Shown here: in pieces, positions 11,126-22,793 of the stretch
Layout of the letters: each line of letters begins with the position of its first letter
How positions within the stretch are numbered: the first letter of the stretch is position 1
DNA from: Octopus bimaculoides
Lineage: Eukaryota
Direction of reading: 5' to 3'
Assembly (NCBI RefSeq): GCF_001194135.2
Contig: NC_068987.1
Coordinates: forward strand, 27,703,269 to 27,767,268
DNA length: 64,000 nucleotides
Position numbers and translations under genes: made by a program
Notes under the pieces: model-generated
What the model was told of the DNA's origin: nothing
Database searches by the model: none
What the model saw: the letters and a program-made list of their open reading frames with translations, nothing else

Positions 11126-12591
11126 TTAAAGTGCAAAAGTCATCAGAAAAATCATATTCATTTTGTTTAATATATATATATCTATATCTATATCTATCTA
11201 TCNNNNNNNNNNNNNNNNNNNNNNNNNNNNNNNNNNNNNNNNNNNNNNNNNNNNNNNNNNNNNNNNNNTATATATATACTTTCCCCAATAAATTTACCTC
11301 AGGTTAGCCCGTATAAGACAGTAGCTCATAGATGTTCCAGGCTTTACGTTCTTGTACCTTTCTCAGGCATATTACATTTAAAATTACATATTATATTATG
11401 CAATATATATTTGTTTGTATTAGTCCGTAGCAACAGAATTAGAAGTTATTTCTCACAGATGAAAGCACTACTTTGACGCTCCCTTTTGGCTCGTTCAGGT
11501 AGTTTGTGTGTGTGTCGTTCTGAAAATGCATGCTAGTTGCTTAGATAAAAGCAATGGCAGATTAAAATTAGCCTTTCGTGAATGCATCTATTTACATGTT
11601 GTGTCGGAATGTATTAATAGTAAAGTATTTTCTTTCTGCATAAAGCATTAATTTTATGTTATATATTTGTGTGCTGGGATGGTGTTTGTGTGCTGATATG
11701 TTTGCATAATTACATATTATTTGTTTGCCAGTAGTGAAATAAATCTGCTTTAAAGTACCGAATGATAAAAGTAGGAGAGATGTATCAAAATCACATTTCC
11801 GGGGTAGACGGGAAATGGAATGAAATCTATAAAAGCTATACCAAAATTGGAAGTCAAGTTATATAAACAATGATTCATAAATAGAAGAAGTACGACTTCA
11901 ATTGTTTCAAATTCGCACCTCAAAGATAGTTCATAATTTTCTATGTTGTTATATATGAGTCGGCTGAGTTACCTATACGCGTTGTTTATTCGCGTACATT
12001 TCCATTGTGCTTCTACTCTTTTCACACATTTTGTTAATCTAAACTTTTACATGTGATACGCCTGCATGCATGCAGAAAAATATCATTACTATAAGAACGA
12101 TAATCTTTCAGTGGGTCTCGGAGAAAAGCAAATTTAAATTGCATGTAAGCTTGTAGACATATCTATAAAATTAAGTCACTTATATTAGTAAAACATCTTA
12201 CAAAAATGTTTAGTACTAAACGAGTAACAAATACTGGCGTTATAGTTAGCTTAATTCATGAGAAGTTGTGTTCGATGAAACAAGGAGAATATCATATACG
12301 TGGATAATATATATGCATGCTATACGCTCAGACATATATATACGTAGAGACTCAGGCGTGGGTGTGAGCTACGATGCAGGATTCCCTTTCATGTAGTCAG
12401 AGGTTCAGTATTGCAACACAAGACCTTAGGATAGTGTCTTATGCCATAGTCCAGTTCAAGTAAAATCTTCCTCAGTCACAGAAACCGAACGATGAAACTG
12501 CGAGATGATATAGAGACAGTTGCTCTTATATTATTTCAGTTGTCGTACGTCGGCTGGAAGCGCTAATCGGTAGCTAACCGTAAGTAACTTA

Positions 12592-13143
12592 CGAGGTGGG
12601 AGCGCTAAGCAGGAATGTGTATAAGTACAATGTTATTATCAGTACGAATATCCAAGTGGCATGGTCGAATTCGTAAACAAGCCATTCACTGTGTTTTGTC
12701 GTGGAGAAAATTTCTCTCTGTAGACAAATGGTGTACATACACCTAAATTGGCTCGCAGCGCCATCTATGCACACTATTAGATGAAAGCATTTCTGAATGG
12801 TTATTTCTTCTTTAGTCAAATGTTATTACACATCACTGCGTGGCGCTTCCACCTCGTAAGACATACAACGAATGGAATAACATAATAGAGATTGTCCCTC
12901 ATATCAGCTCGCAGCGCCACAGTTCGGTTTCTGTGACTGAAGAAAAGATACCAACTCTGAGTTACTTGCATCTCTCAGTCTGGATTGGTAGCGCTTCGAG
13001 CTGATTTAGAGGTATTTTTACACCACTTGTCGACAGCAAGAAATTTTTTACCATGACGAAACATAGTGAATGGCTTGTTCGGTATATTCAAACTGGTAGT
13101 AACATTGCATTTATACCCATCAATGCTTGCCACTTCTACCTCG
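12592..13143. mobile_element. Tc1/mariner-type MITE with ~130-150 bp imperfect TIRs and TA target duplication
   Basis: TA|CGAGGTGGGAGCGC...CTTCTACCTCG|TA. 12592-12740 aligns in inverted orientation to ~13018-13143 (shared CAGTGAATGGCTTGTT / TAGTGAATGGCTTGTT, GAGAAATTTTCTCCACGAC / AAGAAATTTTTTACCATGAC). Confidence 0.8.
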
Positions 13144-13439
13144 TAGTTTATGCTATTTGTCTTACAGGTGGCAATGATTTTAGCTGTATGAAGAATCCTT
13201 CCGTGAACACTATTTCTAATATGTATTTTGCAGCATAACAAATGTGTGTGTGTGAGTGTGTGTTTGTGCGTGTGTTAATATTTGGTCTTATGTTCAGTTA
13301 TAATAAAACTAAATTTACATTTATCAGATGACAGCTCATAGTGGCCGAATTAAAATATCCTTATGACAAATTTCAGTATATTACCGCGGATAAAAATTCT
13401 TTCTTATGGCAAAAGATATAAAAAGACATTATCTGCTTG

Positions 13440-13862
13440 GTGTTGCCCTCTTTCAGATTCTTAGACGGAACGTTTCTAGCTTTTTAACCGTCATCAATGG
13501 GAAATAACGGCTAAAGAACTAGAAACGCTGCTCCAGTGATCTGATTAAGGCAACTCTGCGCAGATGTGGTGATTTAACACATTTAGCCATATGAGAAAAT
13601 TTTTGTTTAGGTTTTGAAATAAGTCACAGACATATTTTAACTAAATTCAGGTCTGCATATGCCTAAAGACTGCTTGCTGCTGATACTGGCGAATTTCTCC
13701 CCACCTGGTTATCTAATAGTGCTACTGTGTCAATGTTGTTGACTGTATTTTAGTTCAATATACGGCTTAAGTCTGCCTAGAGTAAACTCGATTCGATATT
13801 TCGCATTAGTACGGTTAAAGAACTAGAAATGATGCGTTCGGGAATCTGAGAGAGGGCATCAC
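13440..13862. mobile_element. MITE-like element with ~50-bp imperfect TIRs
   Basis: GTGTTGCCCTCTTTCAGATTC...TTTCTAGCTTTTTAACCGT at 13440-13491 vs ACGGTTAAAGAACTAGAAA...GAATCTGAGAGAGGGCATCAC at 13811-13862. Confidence 0.7.
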
Positions 13863-15299
13863 ACGGAAGATATAGTATTTCCAACTTTTACCATTAGAAA
13901 GAATTTTTGCCCCACACTAACTGCAGTGAATTTGTATTTAGAATTCACTAATATATTTTGACTAACATAATTCGTATATACATAAGTATAGATACATACA
14001 TGCGTGTGTATGTATATACATAAATTGCTCTTTTTGATTATGTATATATATATATTCTCCCATATATATAATGTACGTATGTGTGATATAGATAGATAAA
14101 TAGACTACTACATAACGCATGGTACAAATATTTCCTGATATGGAACTTAATATGTAGAGTGAATACAAATACTTATTATCAGAGCATCTTTGGTCATTAA
14201 GTTAGAATTAACTATGTCAGACAGACATTAAACCAACGTGGCATCGTTTCCAGTTTATTTTACTTTAAGCTGCTGATTGTGTTTTATTGAGGAAAAATTG
14301 TACATCGGGAACTGTTTTATATTTTCACGAGAAAGAATGGACTAAAATAACAACAGCTTTCTTTGATACATGGAACTTACGTGATAATAAAGCCAACAGA
14401 CATTCCAGTATACATGCTTAACCATTAATCCACCATCGTCTGTACGAGTTTACTATTGCCTCGTTAGTGAAACATTTTCTTGTACGTAGATATTTCTTTT
14501 ACTTCGGAATTATGTTGTACTGATGCATATGTAAATCAATATTTACGATATAATAAAGAAATAAATTGAGAGAAAATAAAATAAAACTAGAAGATGGTCT
14601 AGTTTCTTCACTAGAGGAAAGAAACCAATGTTATTAACAGAAGACTAGCCATCGATTGACATAAACATTAACAGCTGGTGGCATCATATTTAAAAAAATC
14701 TGAAATTAGCTAGAAAACTACATTAACTCATCTACTTAATGATGATGTAAGTGCTAAAACAATCACTAGTTCTATGTTCGTATGAGGCTCAATGCATAGT
14801 CAGGAAACTGAGTAAATACGTCACAAATGAAAAGCAAACCATAAATACGCAACAGAGCAGTATTATATTGATCCAGATCTTTTCTAATACAGATGTTACA
14901 TCGTAAATGCACTATTCATACTCAATCTGATCAAACGCTGATGCTGCGGCACATATCATTTCCTAGCAAATTATGATAAATACTGATCAAATTTGCTATT
15001 TTTATACTGTTACTGTCATATTTACATGAGTATGCAGCTGAGGTATTTTGCCTCAAATTCATATGACCTCGGGCGTATCCTCTGTCCCTCCTATAATAGT
15101 AGGTCAGAATCAACCAAAGCATTGTGTAAAAAACTGAAAATTCCCAAGCACACGGTAAATTTATCAATCCTGTTTAACTGCAGTACCCCTTGCATTTGCA
15201 ACAGGTGTATCGTGGTTTCTCCTCAAAGTTATTGAAAATTTTCCGTGCTACACTTTCTACTCTGTTTCATTCATAGAAAGGGGACTAGCTGTATTTTCT

Positions 15300-15590
15300 T
15301 TTCCGAAAAAGTCCTGACGGAATCCAACAAAACGAATTTGTCGTTACGAAAGAATATCTTTTAAAATATAGTTACAAAAAATATCCATATTCATAAGCAC
15401 TTTCAACTCTCTCCTCTCTCCTCTTGTTTCTGCTGTTGCATCCACTTTCACAACTTTTAGTCTCAACGCTACTTTCAGTTCTTTCTCAACACAGGTTGCT
15501 TTTATATCCGTTAAAATTGTATTGTTCAAACGGAATGTTAAACGTGTCTTTTTCCCCACTAACAGAAGGCCTACAATGCCTGTAACTCCA
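15300..15590 (+). mobile_element. Possible CR1-like LINE 3' end remnant
   Basis: Weak: LFKRNVKR resembles the terminal LxxFKxxxN motif of CR1-clade ORF2; there is no intact RT motif. Confidence 0.3.
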
Positions 15591-16173
15591 TATATATGTA
15601 TGTATATATATAAATATATATATANNNNNNNNNNNNNNNNNNNNNNNNNNNNNNNNNNNNNNNNNNNNNNNNNNNNNNNNNNNNNNNNNNNNNNNNNNNN
15701 NNNNNNNNNNNNNNNNNNNNNNNNNNNNNNNNNNNNNNNNNNNNNNNNNNNNNNNNNNNNNNNNNNNNNNNNNNNNNNNNNNNNNNNNNNNNNNNNNNNN
15801 NNNNNNNNNNNNNNNNNNNNNNNNNNNNNNNNNNNNNNNNNNNNNNNNNNNNNNNNNNNNNNNNNNNNNNNNNNNNNNNNNNNNNNNNNNNNNNNNNNNN
15901 NNNNNNNNNNNNNNNNNNNNNNNNNNNNNNNNNNNNNNNNNNNNNNNNNNNNNNNNNNNNNNNNNNNNNNNNNNNNNNNNNNNNNNNNNNNNNNNNNNNN
16001 NNNNNNNNNNNNNNNNNNNNNNNNNNNNNNNNNNNNNNNNNNNNNNNNNNNNNNNNNNNNNNNNNNNNNNNNNNNNNNNNNNNNNNNNNNNNNNNNNNNN
16101 NNNNNNNNNNNNNNNNNNNNNNNNNNNNNNNNNNNNNNNNNNNNNNNNNNNNNNNNNNNNNNNNNNNNNNNNN

Positions 16174-16210
<37 letters not shown>

Positions 16211-16211
<1 letters not shown>

Positions 16212-16340
16212 CGACGGGCTTCTTTCAGTTTCCGTCTACCAAATCCACTCACAAGACTTCGATCGGCCTGAGGCTGTAGTAGACGGCACTTGCCCAAGTT
16301 GCCATGTGTCTGGTAAGCAAGCTACTTACCCCACAGCCAC
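16211..16340 (-). mobile_element. SINE fragment (tRNA head plus CORE-like segment)
   Basis: Plus strand CAGTTTCCGTCTACCAAATCCACTCACAAG...CACTTGCCCAAG...GCAAGCTACTTACCCCACAGCCAC is the reverse complement of the modules seen at 9235 and 26620. Confidence 0.8.
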
Positions 16341-16646
16341 ATCTGTATAATATATTAACTTGTTAGATATTGAATATCATTTGAGCAAGCATATAGCTTT
16401 TTCTCAACATTTTCCCAATAATTAAGTTCTATTATAATAGATCTCTTAATAATAGAACATATAAAACATAAATTGATTATAACGTGCAATATTCTGTGTA
16501 TCAATGAGTTTAAAGTTTTAATAAATTGTATATTGATAACAGTACACAGTAAAAGTATATCATTCTCAGAACTTTCGAATTGCCCTATTCTTTTTACATT
16601 TCAGTAATAAGAGTTATGCAAAACATTTAATAATTTCGTACTCTAC

Positions 16647-16783
16647 CTTAATTTTGTTTATTACAATATGTTTCAAATTCGGATCAAACAACATATATTT
16701 GGGCTGGATGTCAATTGGAGATTGTTGTTTTCCTTCACTGCACATTTTCCACTCAGGATTCAGTAGACCCCAGTATCTTGGAC
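16647..16783 (-). CDS. CA10: Internal coding exon of a carbonic anhydrase-related protein (CA10/CA11-like, alpha-CA fold N-terminal region)
   Basis: Minus strand ...atatttttag|GT CCA AGA TAC TGG GGT CTA CTG AAT CCT GAG TGG AAA ATG TGC AGT GAA GGA AAA CAA CAA TCT CCA ATT GAC ATC...ATT AAG|gtagag: 137 nt, canonical AG/GT, phase 1 in and phase 0 out. Translation (G)PRYWGLLNPEWKMCSEGKQQSPIDIQPKYMLFDPNLKHIVINKIK carries the alpha-CA QSPIDI motif and parallels human CA10 [36 protein letters not shown] (recalled). The CA family call is firm; CA10 orthology is likely but not proven from one exon. Confidence 0.92.
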
Positions 16784-18279
16784 CTAAAAATATATAAACA
16801 TAAAATCATTAGTCCTTAAACACATTATATCTTAACTATATTTGGACGACTGTAATTTATCTTACTCTACAATTCGCTTCATCTTTCCAGAGTATGACAT
16901 TTCAGAAGATTTTCATTTATCCTTACTTATTTTATTATATTATATTTTATTTCATTTTATTTTGTTTTATTTATTTTAATCCCTTTTTTTTTCGCTATGA
17001 TCTTAACTCACTTTCTCTTAGGAAAAATAGCATGTTTTTCATTCTCATGCTTTTAAATGCACTTTTTTCTCAATATCACTTTTATCAAACGTATATTCAA
17101 TTACTGTAAGATGATAACTGCCTGATAAATCTTATTTTCTTATAAGGGAACTGATAACTGTATTTTCAAACTTCAGTCTTTTTAAATAGGTTTGCACTTT
17201 CTCCACTATAAGCATAAGGATCTCCTTCAGTTGCTATCAGAAGTGATAACTATTTTAGAATATTCATAGATAATATATACTTGTATATTCACATTAGGCA
17301 TCTGAAACATTTCCGTACAGAAAACATTTATATTGTTTTATTCACTACTTTGAAAAAACAAACATGTCTTATAGCTTTATCAAATCTACGCTTGACGACT
17401 GTAAACAATAATATAAATTAAATTGCATATGTGGTATAAGTGAAATAATGAAAATATGCATTCATCTGAATAAAGATGAAATTGATAATATATATCATTG
17501 GTAAAAATGGCACATCAGTAAATTATTTGTTGCTTGGAAGAATCAAAACCCAAAATTTGTACTTATAAATGAAATCATGTTTAACAAATTATCCTCAATT
17601 AATGACGATAATTGAGAAAAATCACCGATGAACAATACATTCGAAGAAAGTGATTGTATATAGTATTTACTTCATTGCTATTTTAAAGCTAATGGAGAAA
17701 AAAATAGTTCTATATATGTAATATATCGTACTCCTCTGGGAGAAATTATAATATATTTTACTACTAATTATCTTATTGGTTTCACTGATTATATCGTGTA
17801 CCATGTATATAATTTAGTTAATGCAACACGATAAGTGATGTATTTCATTCATCTGGGAAGTGATGTATTTCATTTGTCATTAAATTCGTAAATGGCTAAT
17901 AGTATATGTTTGGTCTCCTGGTAAAATTTAATGGAATGATTTATACAAATGATTGCAATAACACAAATTGGAAAATCAGTTTCAATGAATAACAAGATTT
18001 AAACATGCAGAAATAATTTGTAAAGTTATTTCGAAAGAATTTAGATCGATATCATTATTTTACGAGTGCTCATGATACTATTAATGCTGGTTAAATTTAT
18101 AAAATATTGTTTATTATAATAAATTGGAGGAATGATCATGCAAGGTCAACAAGTGTAGATGAAATAATTGGCAGGCCAGTAACCTGTTCGTAAATAAGTT
18201 TAGATGGAGGGAAATTTCGAATGAACACTTGCAAATTTTTTTCTTTTTGTAAATCCAGTTCATTGTATAATTTGAAAGC

Positions 18280-18314
<35 letters not shown>

Positions 18315-18950
18315 NNNNNNNNNNNNNNNNNNNNNNNNNNNNNNNNNNNNNNNNNNNNNNNNNNNNNNNNNNNNNNNNNNNNNNNNNNNNNNNNNNNNNN
18401 NNNNNNNNNNNNNNNNNNNNNNNNNNNNNNNNNNNNNNNNNNNNNNNNNNNNNNNNNNNNNNNNNNNNNNNNNNNNNNNNNNNNNNNNNNNNNNNNNNNN
18501 NNNNNNNNNNNNNNNNNNNNNNNNNNNNNNNNNNNNNNNNNNNNNNNNNNNNNNNNNNNNNNNNNNNNNNNNNNNNNNNNNNNNNNNNNNNNNNNNNNNN
18601 NNNNNNNNNNNNNNNNNNNNNNNNNNNNNNNNNNNNNNNNNNNNNNNNNNNNNNNNNNNNNNNNNNNNNNNNNNNNNNNNNNNNNNNNNNNNNNNNNNNN
18701 NNNNNNNNNNNNNNNNNNNNNNNNNNNNNNNNNNNNNNNNNNNNNNNNNNNNNNNNNNNNNNNNNNNNNNNNNNNNNNNNNNNNNNNNNNNNNNNNNNNN
18801 NNNNNNNNNNNNNNNNNNNNNNNNNNNNNNNNNNNNNNNNNNNNNNNNNNNNNNNNNNNNNNNNNNNNNNNNNNNNNNNNNNNNNNNNNNNNNNNNNNNN
18901 NNNNNNNNNNNNNNNNNNNNNNNNNNNNNNNNNNNNNNNNNNNNNNNNNN

Positions 18951-19032
<82 letters not shown>

Positions 19033-20339
19033 TTATATTAACACCGTATCTTTTGTATTTAATGCGCATTTCAATATTTTAACAAAATTTATTTGAAACA
19101 TTTCATACCCAGTGGATGGAAAATACTTGTAATATATGAGTTATCATAAGCATTTTGTTGTATATGTAATAACTTAATGTTTTATTGCCGCATTCAAGTT
19201 TCCAATGTTATAATTTATGATGTCAAGAGATTTCACGGTAAGCTTTTGTTTATACAATTGCTACAGAAATATTTTGAGACTCACTCCAATAATTTATTGT
19301 AAACTTATTGGTTTATTATTTAGGTGTAAAGATAACTAACTGAATTTCCCCGAGTATATTAGTCATATTAATTATATTTTTATCGTAAATGTAATGAGTC
19401 GAGCAGTTAATCTCGGCAGAATTGAACTCAAAATCTGGAGGACAGAAGCGAATTCTTTATAAGTGGTATTCAGTTCCGAACTGAAGATTCCACTAAGTGA
19501 TTTTCTGCAACCAAAATCTAATTTTCACATTGTTTCATATGGTGTCATGTTTTGGCAGTATAGTGTATCAGATTTCGAGCTTGAATGTAGCTGAAAAAAA
19601 TATGTAATTCTATTGTACAAGACATTTCATTCCTAGTACTTATATAATTACTCCTAATTATCTATTTAGTTCTATATTGAGTGTTCAAACACAATACTTG
19701 AATAATTATTGTGAATACAAAAAAAAATATTTGAGTATTTTAAGGCAATGTGTCATCTAGGACATAGTTAGGTATAGGCATAATAATATAAAACAATATT
19801 TCTGCTTAACTACCATTGTGATTGAAATGCGAATTATTTAAGGGTGGAAAGATAAGTGATATAAGCAATTATTAATAATGAAAAGCGTACTCTTATGCAT
19901 TTAAACTGAAGAATGACTAAAAATAGAGAATACTGTTTTATATATGCTTATATTAGAAACCCTTAGGGTTCTCCTCTTAACAGTTATGATTCTGCGCATA
20001 TTTTATCATAATCTTGTCAAAACAGACAATCACACATTTGCAAATGACATTATTCTCCTTAGCTCTTTCGTATTCAAACCCATTCAAAGTGAATGTAGCC
20101 TAAATTTTTATTATCTATCATTTGATACGTTACATGGGTTTATAATACCTTAGTATTCTGTCGTCGATTATACTGGGTGATCGAGGAATGGAAATAGTAA
20201 GTTTGAATCCAAGTGTGATTGTTCAATATAAATATTACATTATAGGGAAAACTTTCTGAGTTAATCCAACTGTGAAATAAGTGAAAGTAATATTGGCGAT
20301 AAACTATTGCACACACACGCACAAACACATATGCATACA

Positions 20340-20371
<32 letters not shown>

Positions 20372-20496
20372 CACATACTTATACACATACATGTAAATAT
20401 ACATACTNNNNNNNNNNNNNNNNNNNNNNNNNNNNNNNNNNNNNNNNNNNNNNNNNNNNNNNNNNNCACACACACGCACAAACACATATGCATACA

Positions 20497-20528
<32 letters not shown>

Positions 20529-21429
20529 CACATACTTATACACATACATGTAAATATACATACTGACAAACAACTGCAAAAAGCTATTAAAAACATTTAA
20601 TTATGCAAGTTTTGACGATAATCGTAAGTACAGGTATGTAGAAGTGGTTAGTGATGGTGAATATAACAGATGTGAATATAACTTTTGATGCTATAGAATG
20701 TTTCTCAGTAAGATAGAATTTAATGACATTTGCCAACATAGTGATAGTAGTCTTACAGAATATATCATTGTTGCAGATGAGATTGTTTTTTCCTCAATAA
20801 ACGTCAATCAGTTACTTATTAATCTACATTTTACAAGAAATTTAAGGCAAAGATTCCTATAAATAGGTTTTCAGAACAAGACTTGAAAAATGGATAAAAA
20901 TCAGCAGAAACAAAGATCTAGAAATACTACTCACATTCAAAATTCTATCACAATACGTATTTTTGTAGATATATAAAAATCAACAACTGCACAATTGCAT
21001 AAAGTGATTATGCATTCATTCAGCTGTATTATTCATTTCAGCTTTCTCTGTACTTTACTACAAAGAATTATTTTTTATGAAATATGAATTTTCTTTCCTT
21101 GTTTGTTAGAATATTAAACGAAGTTACATATCACCGAGAATATTATTTAATAAACATGATAGTACCAGCTGTTTGACATATCTCATTCAAAGAATTTGAA
21201 AAGTTAACTAAATGCAAGGACCTAGAGACAGAAATTGTTATAACGCATGGTTAAATAAAAGTCTTCAAACCAACCTGGAAAATTAAATGTACCCGATGTC
21301 TAGAAGATTGCACTAACCTCAATAGCCCATCACTTGAGAAAATTTTTATCGTTACAATATAGTTACTAAACTTAGCTTCTATAAGTGAAATTTCTGCAGG
21401 AAGTGTAATAGATAACGACGTAAATTGGA

Positions 21430-21930
21430 CTGGAACCAGCGTTGGTGCCGCTCCCGGCAAGTACAGAATTAACCAATCAGCAGAATTTGTCAAGTGCAGA
21501 ATCTGTGGTGAAATTGTAGAGACAGACCAGCATATTTTAAGCAAATTCAGTTAAATCGCCCAGAATGAGTACACGAGAGGGCAAGACAATTTCAGCAGAG
21601 TGACTGACTGGGAACTATGTAACAAGTTAGAACTGAAGAGAGAGAACAGTATGAACATGAATCAAAGGATGTGTTAGAAAATGGTAGTGCTATGATTCCT
21701 CCTGACTCCATGATCCAGTGTGATCATATAACTGAACATTGAAAGCATAGACACAGCTTGCCCTTGAAACAGCAGAGTCGTCGAAAACAGAGAAAAGCTG
21801 GTGTGATATGAAGCCCTCAGGGGAGAAATCCAAACGCTACGGCTAACGGAAACATGTATATTGTACCAATAATTATCGATGCCTTAGGCTCAGGAAGCAG
21901 AGAAAAAAATTATTTGGAAACGATAGAAAT
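21430..21930 (+). mobile_element. Fossil C-terminus of an RLE-type non-LTR retrotransposon (R4/NeSL-like): zinc knuckle plus endonuclease region
   Basis: KCRICGEIVETDQHILS..*IAQNEYTRGQDNFSRVTDWELCNKLELK, then YEHE.KDVLENGSAMI, MIQCDHI and IVPIIIDALGS, collinear with the CxxC-x-ETxxH...C...RHN...LWDFxIQxD...VPIIIGALG pattern. Confidence 0.75.
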
Positions 21931-22421
21931 AAAAAAGAGGAAAACAACCAGAAAACACCCATAAATATAATTATGCAGCAAAACTATATTTATGTGTGTG
22001 TCAGATAAAAGAAGCGAAGTGAGAGTATATATTTATTTCATCTGCAGATAACGGTGTTAGTTACATAATTCACGCAACAAACTCTGTCCCACATGTATAA
22101 ATATACATATAAATATATAGACACCTCCATAAATATAAATTTGCTGCATAATTATATTTATGGGGGTTTTCCTTATTTCTATATTTCCCCAATTATTCAA
22201 AATTTTCTTTGCATTTTATACGTCTTCTCAACTATTTCGATTCCTAGATTTCCAAAAAGACAGTGAGATTCCCTCCTAATCTTAGCCCCAGTTTTTCTCG
22301 ATAGCTGGGCACCCGCCGCGCAGCTTAATGTAGGTTTTGTTTGATTTTTTTTTAAATCCTTATTCTTACTAGACATATGCATACACACACAAATACACAC
22401 ATACATACATGTAAGCGTGCA

Positions 22422-22793
22422 TGCGCAATGGCTCAGTGGTTAGGGCAGCGGACTCGCGGTCATAGGATCGCGGTTTCGATTCCCAGATCGGGCGTTGTGA
22501 GTGTTTATTGAGGGAAAACACCTAAAGCTTCACGAGGCTCCGGCAGTGGATGGTGGCGAACCCTGCTGTACCCTTTCACCACAACTTTCTCTCACTCTTC
22601 CTGTTTCTGTTGTGCCTGTAATTCAAAGGGTCAGCCTTTTCACACTGTGTCACGCTGAATATCCTCGAGAACTATGTTAAGGGTACACGTGTCTGTGGAG
22701 TGCTCAGCCACTTGCACGTTAATTTCACGAGCAGGCTGTTCCGTTGATCGGATCGACTGGAACCCGCGACGTCGTAAGCGATGGAGTGGCAAC
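22422..22793 (+). mobile_element. Well-preserved tRNA-derived SINE with LINE-like tail
   Basis: A box TGGCTCAGTGG (22429-22439) and B-box-like GTTTCGATTCC; the 3' module GTGTCACGCTGAAT...GGAGTGCTCAGCCACTTGCACGTTAATTTCACGAGCAGGCTGTTCCGTTGATCGGATCGACTGG is shared with 23831-24016 and 33148-33430. Confidence 0.9.

Noticed and set aside
11459-11498. Possible 40-nt plus-strand micro-exon (tttctcacag|ATGAAAGC...TTCAG|gtagtt; DESTTLTLPFGSF)
   Set aside because: The donor is weak, the peptide is unrecognisable, it is antisense to the host gene and has no partner exons; such sites arise by chance.
20310-20564. Near-identical ~98-bp CA/TACA-rich sequence on both sides of a 59-N gap
   Set aside because: Most simply overlapping contig ends left unmerged; cannot be called a real tandem duplication without reads.
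22422-22495. tRNA-like A/B-box heads (also at 23548 and 33380-33430)
   Set aside because: They are continuous with SINE bodies and do not form complete cloverleaves, so they are not tRNA genes.
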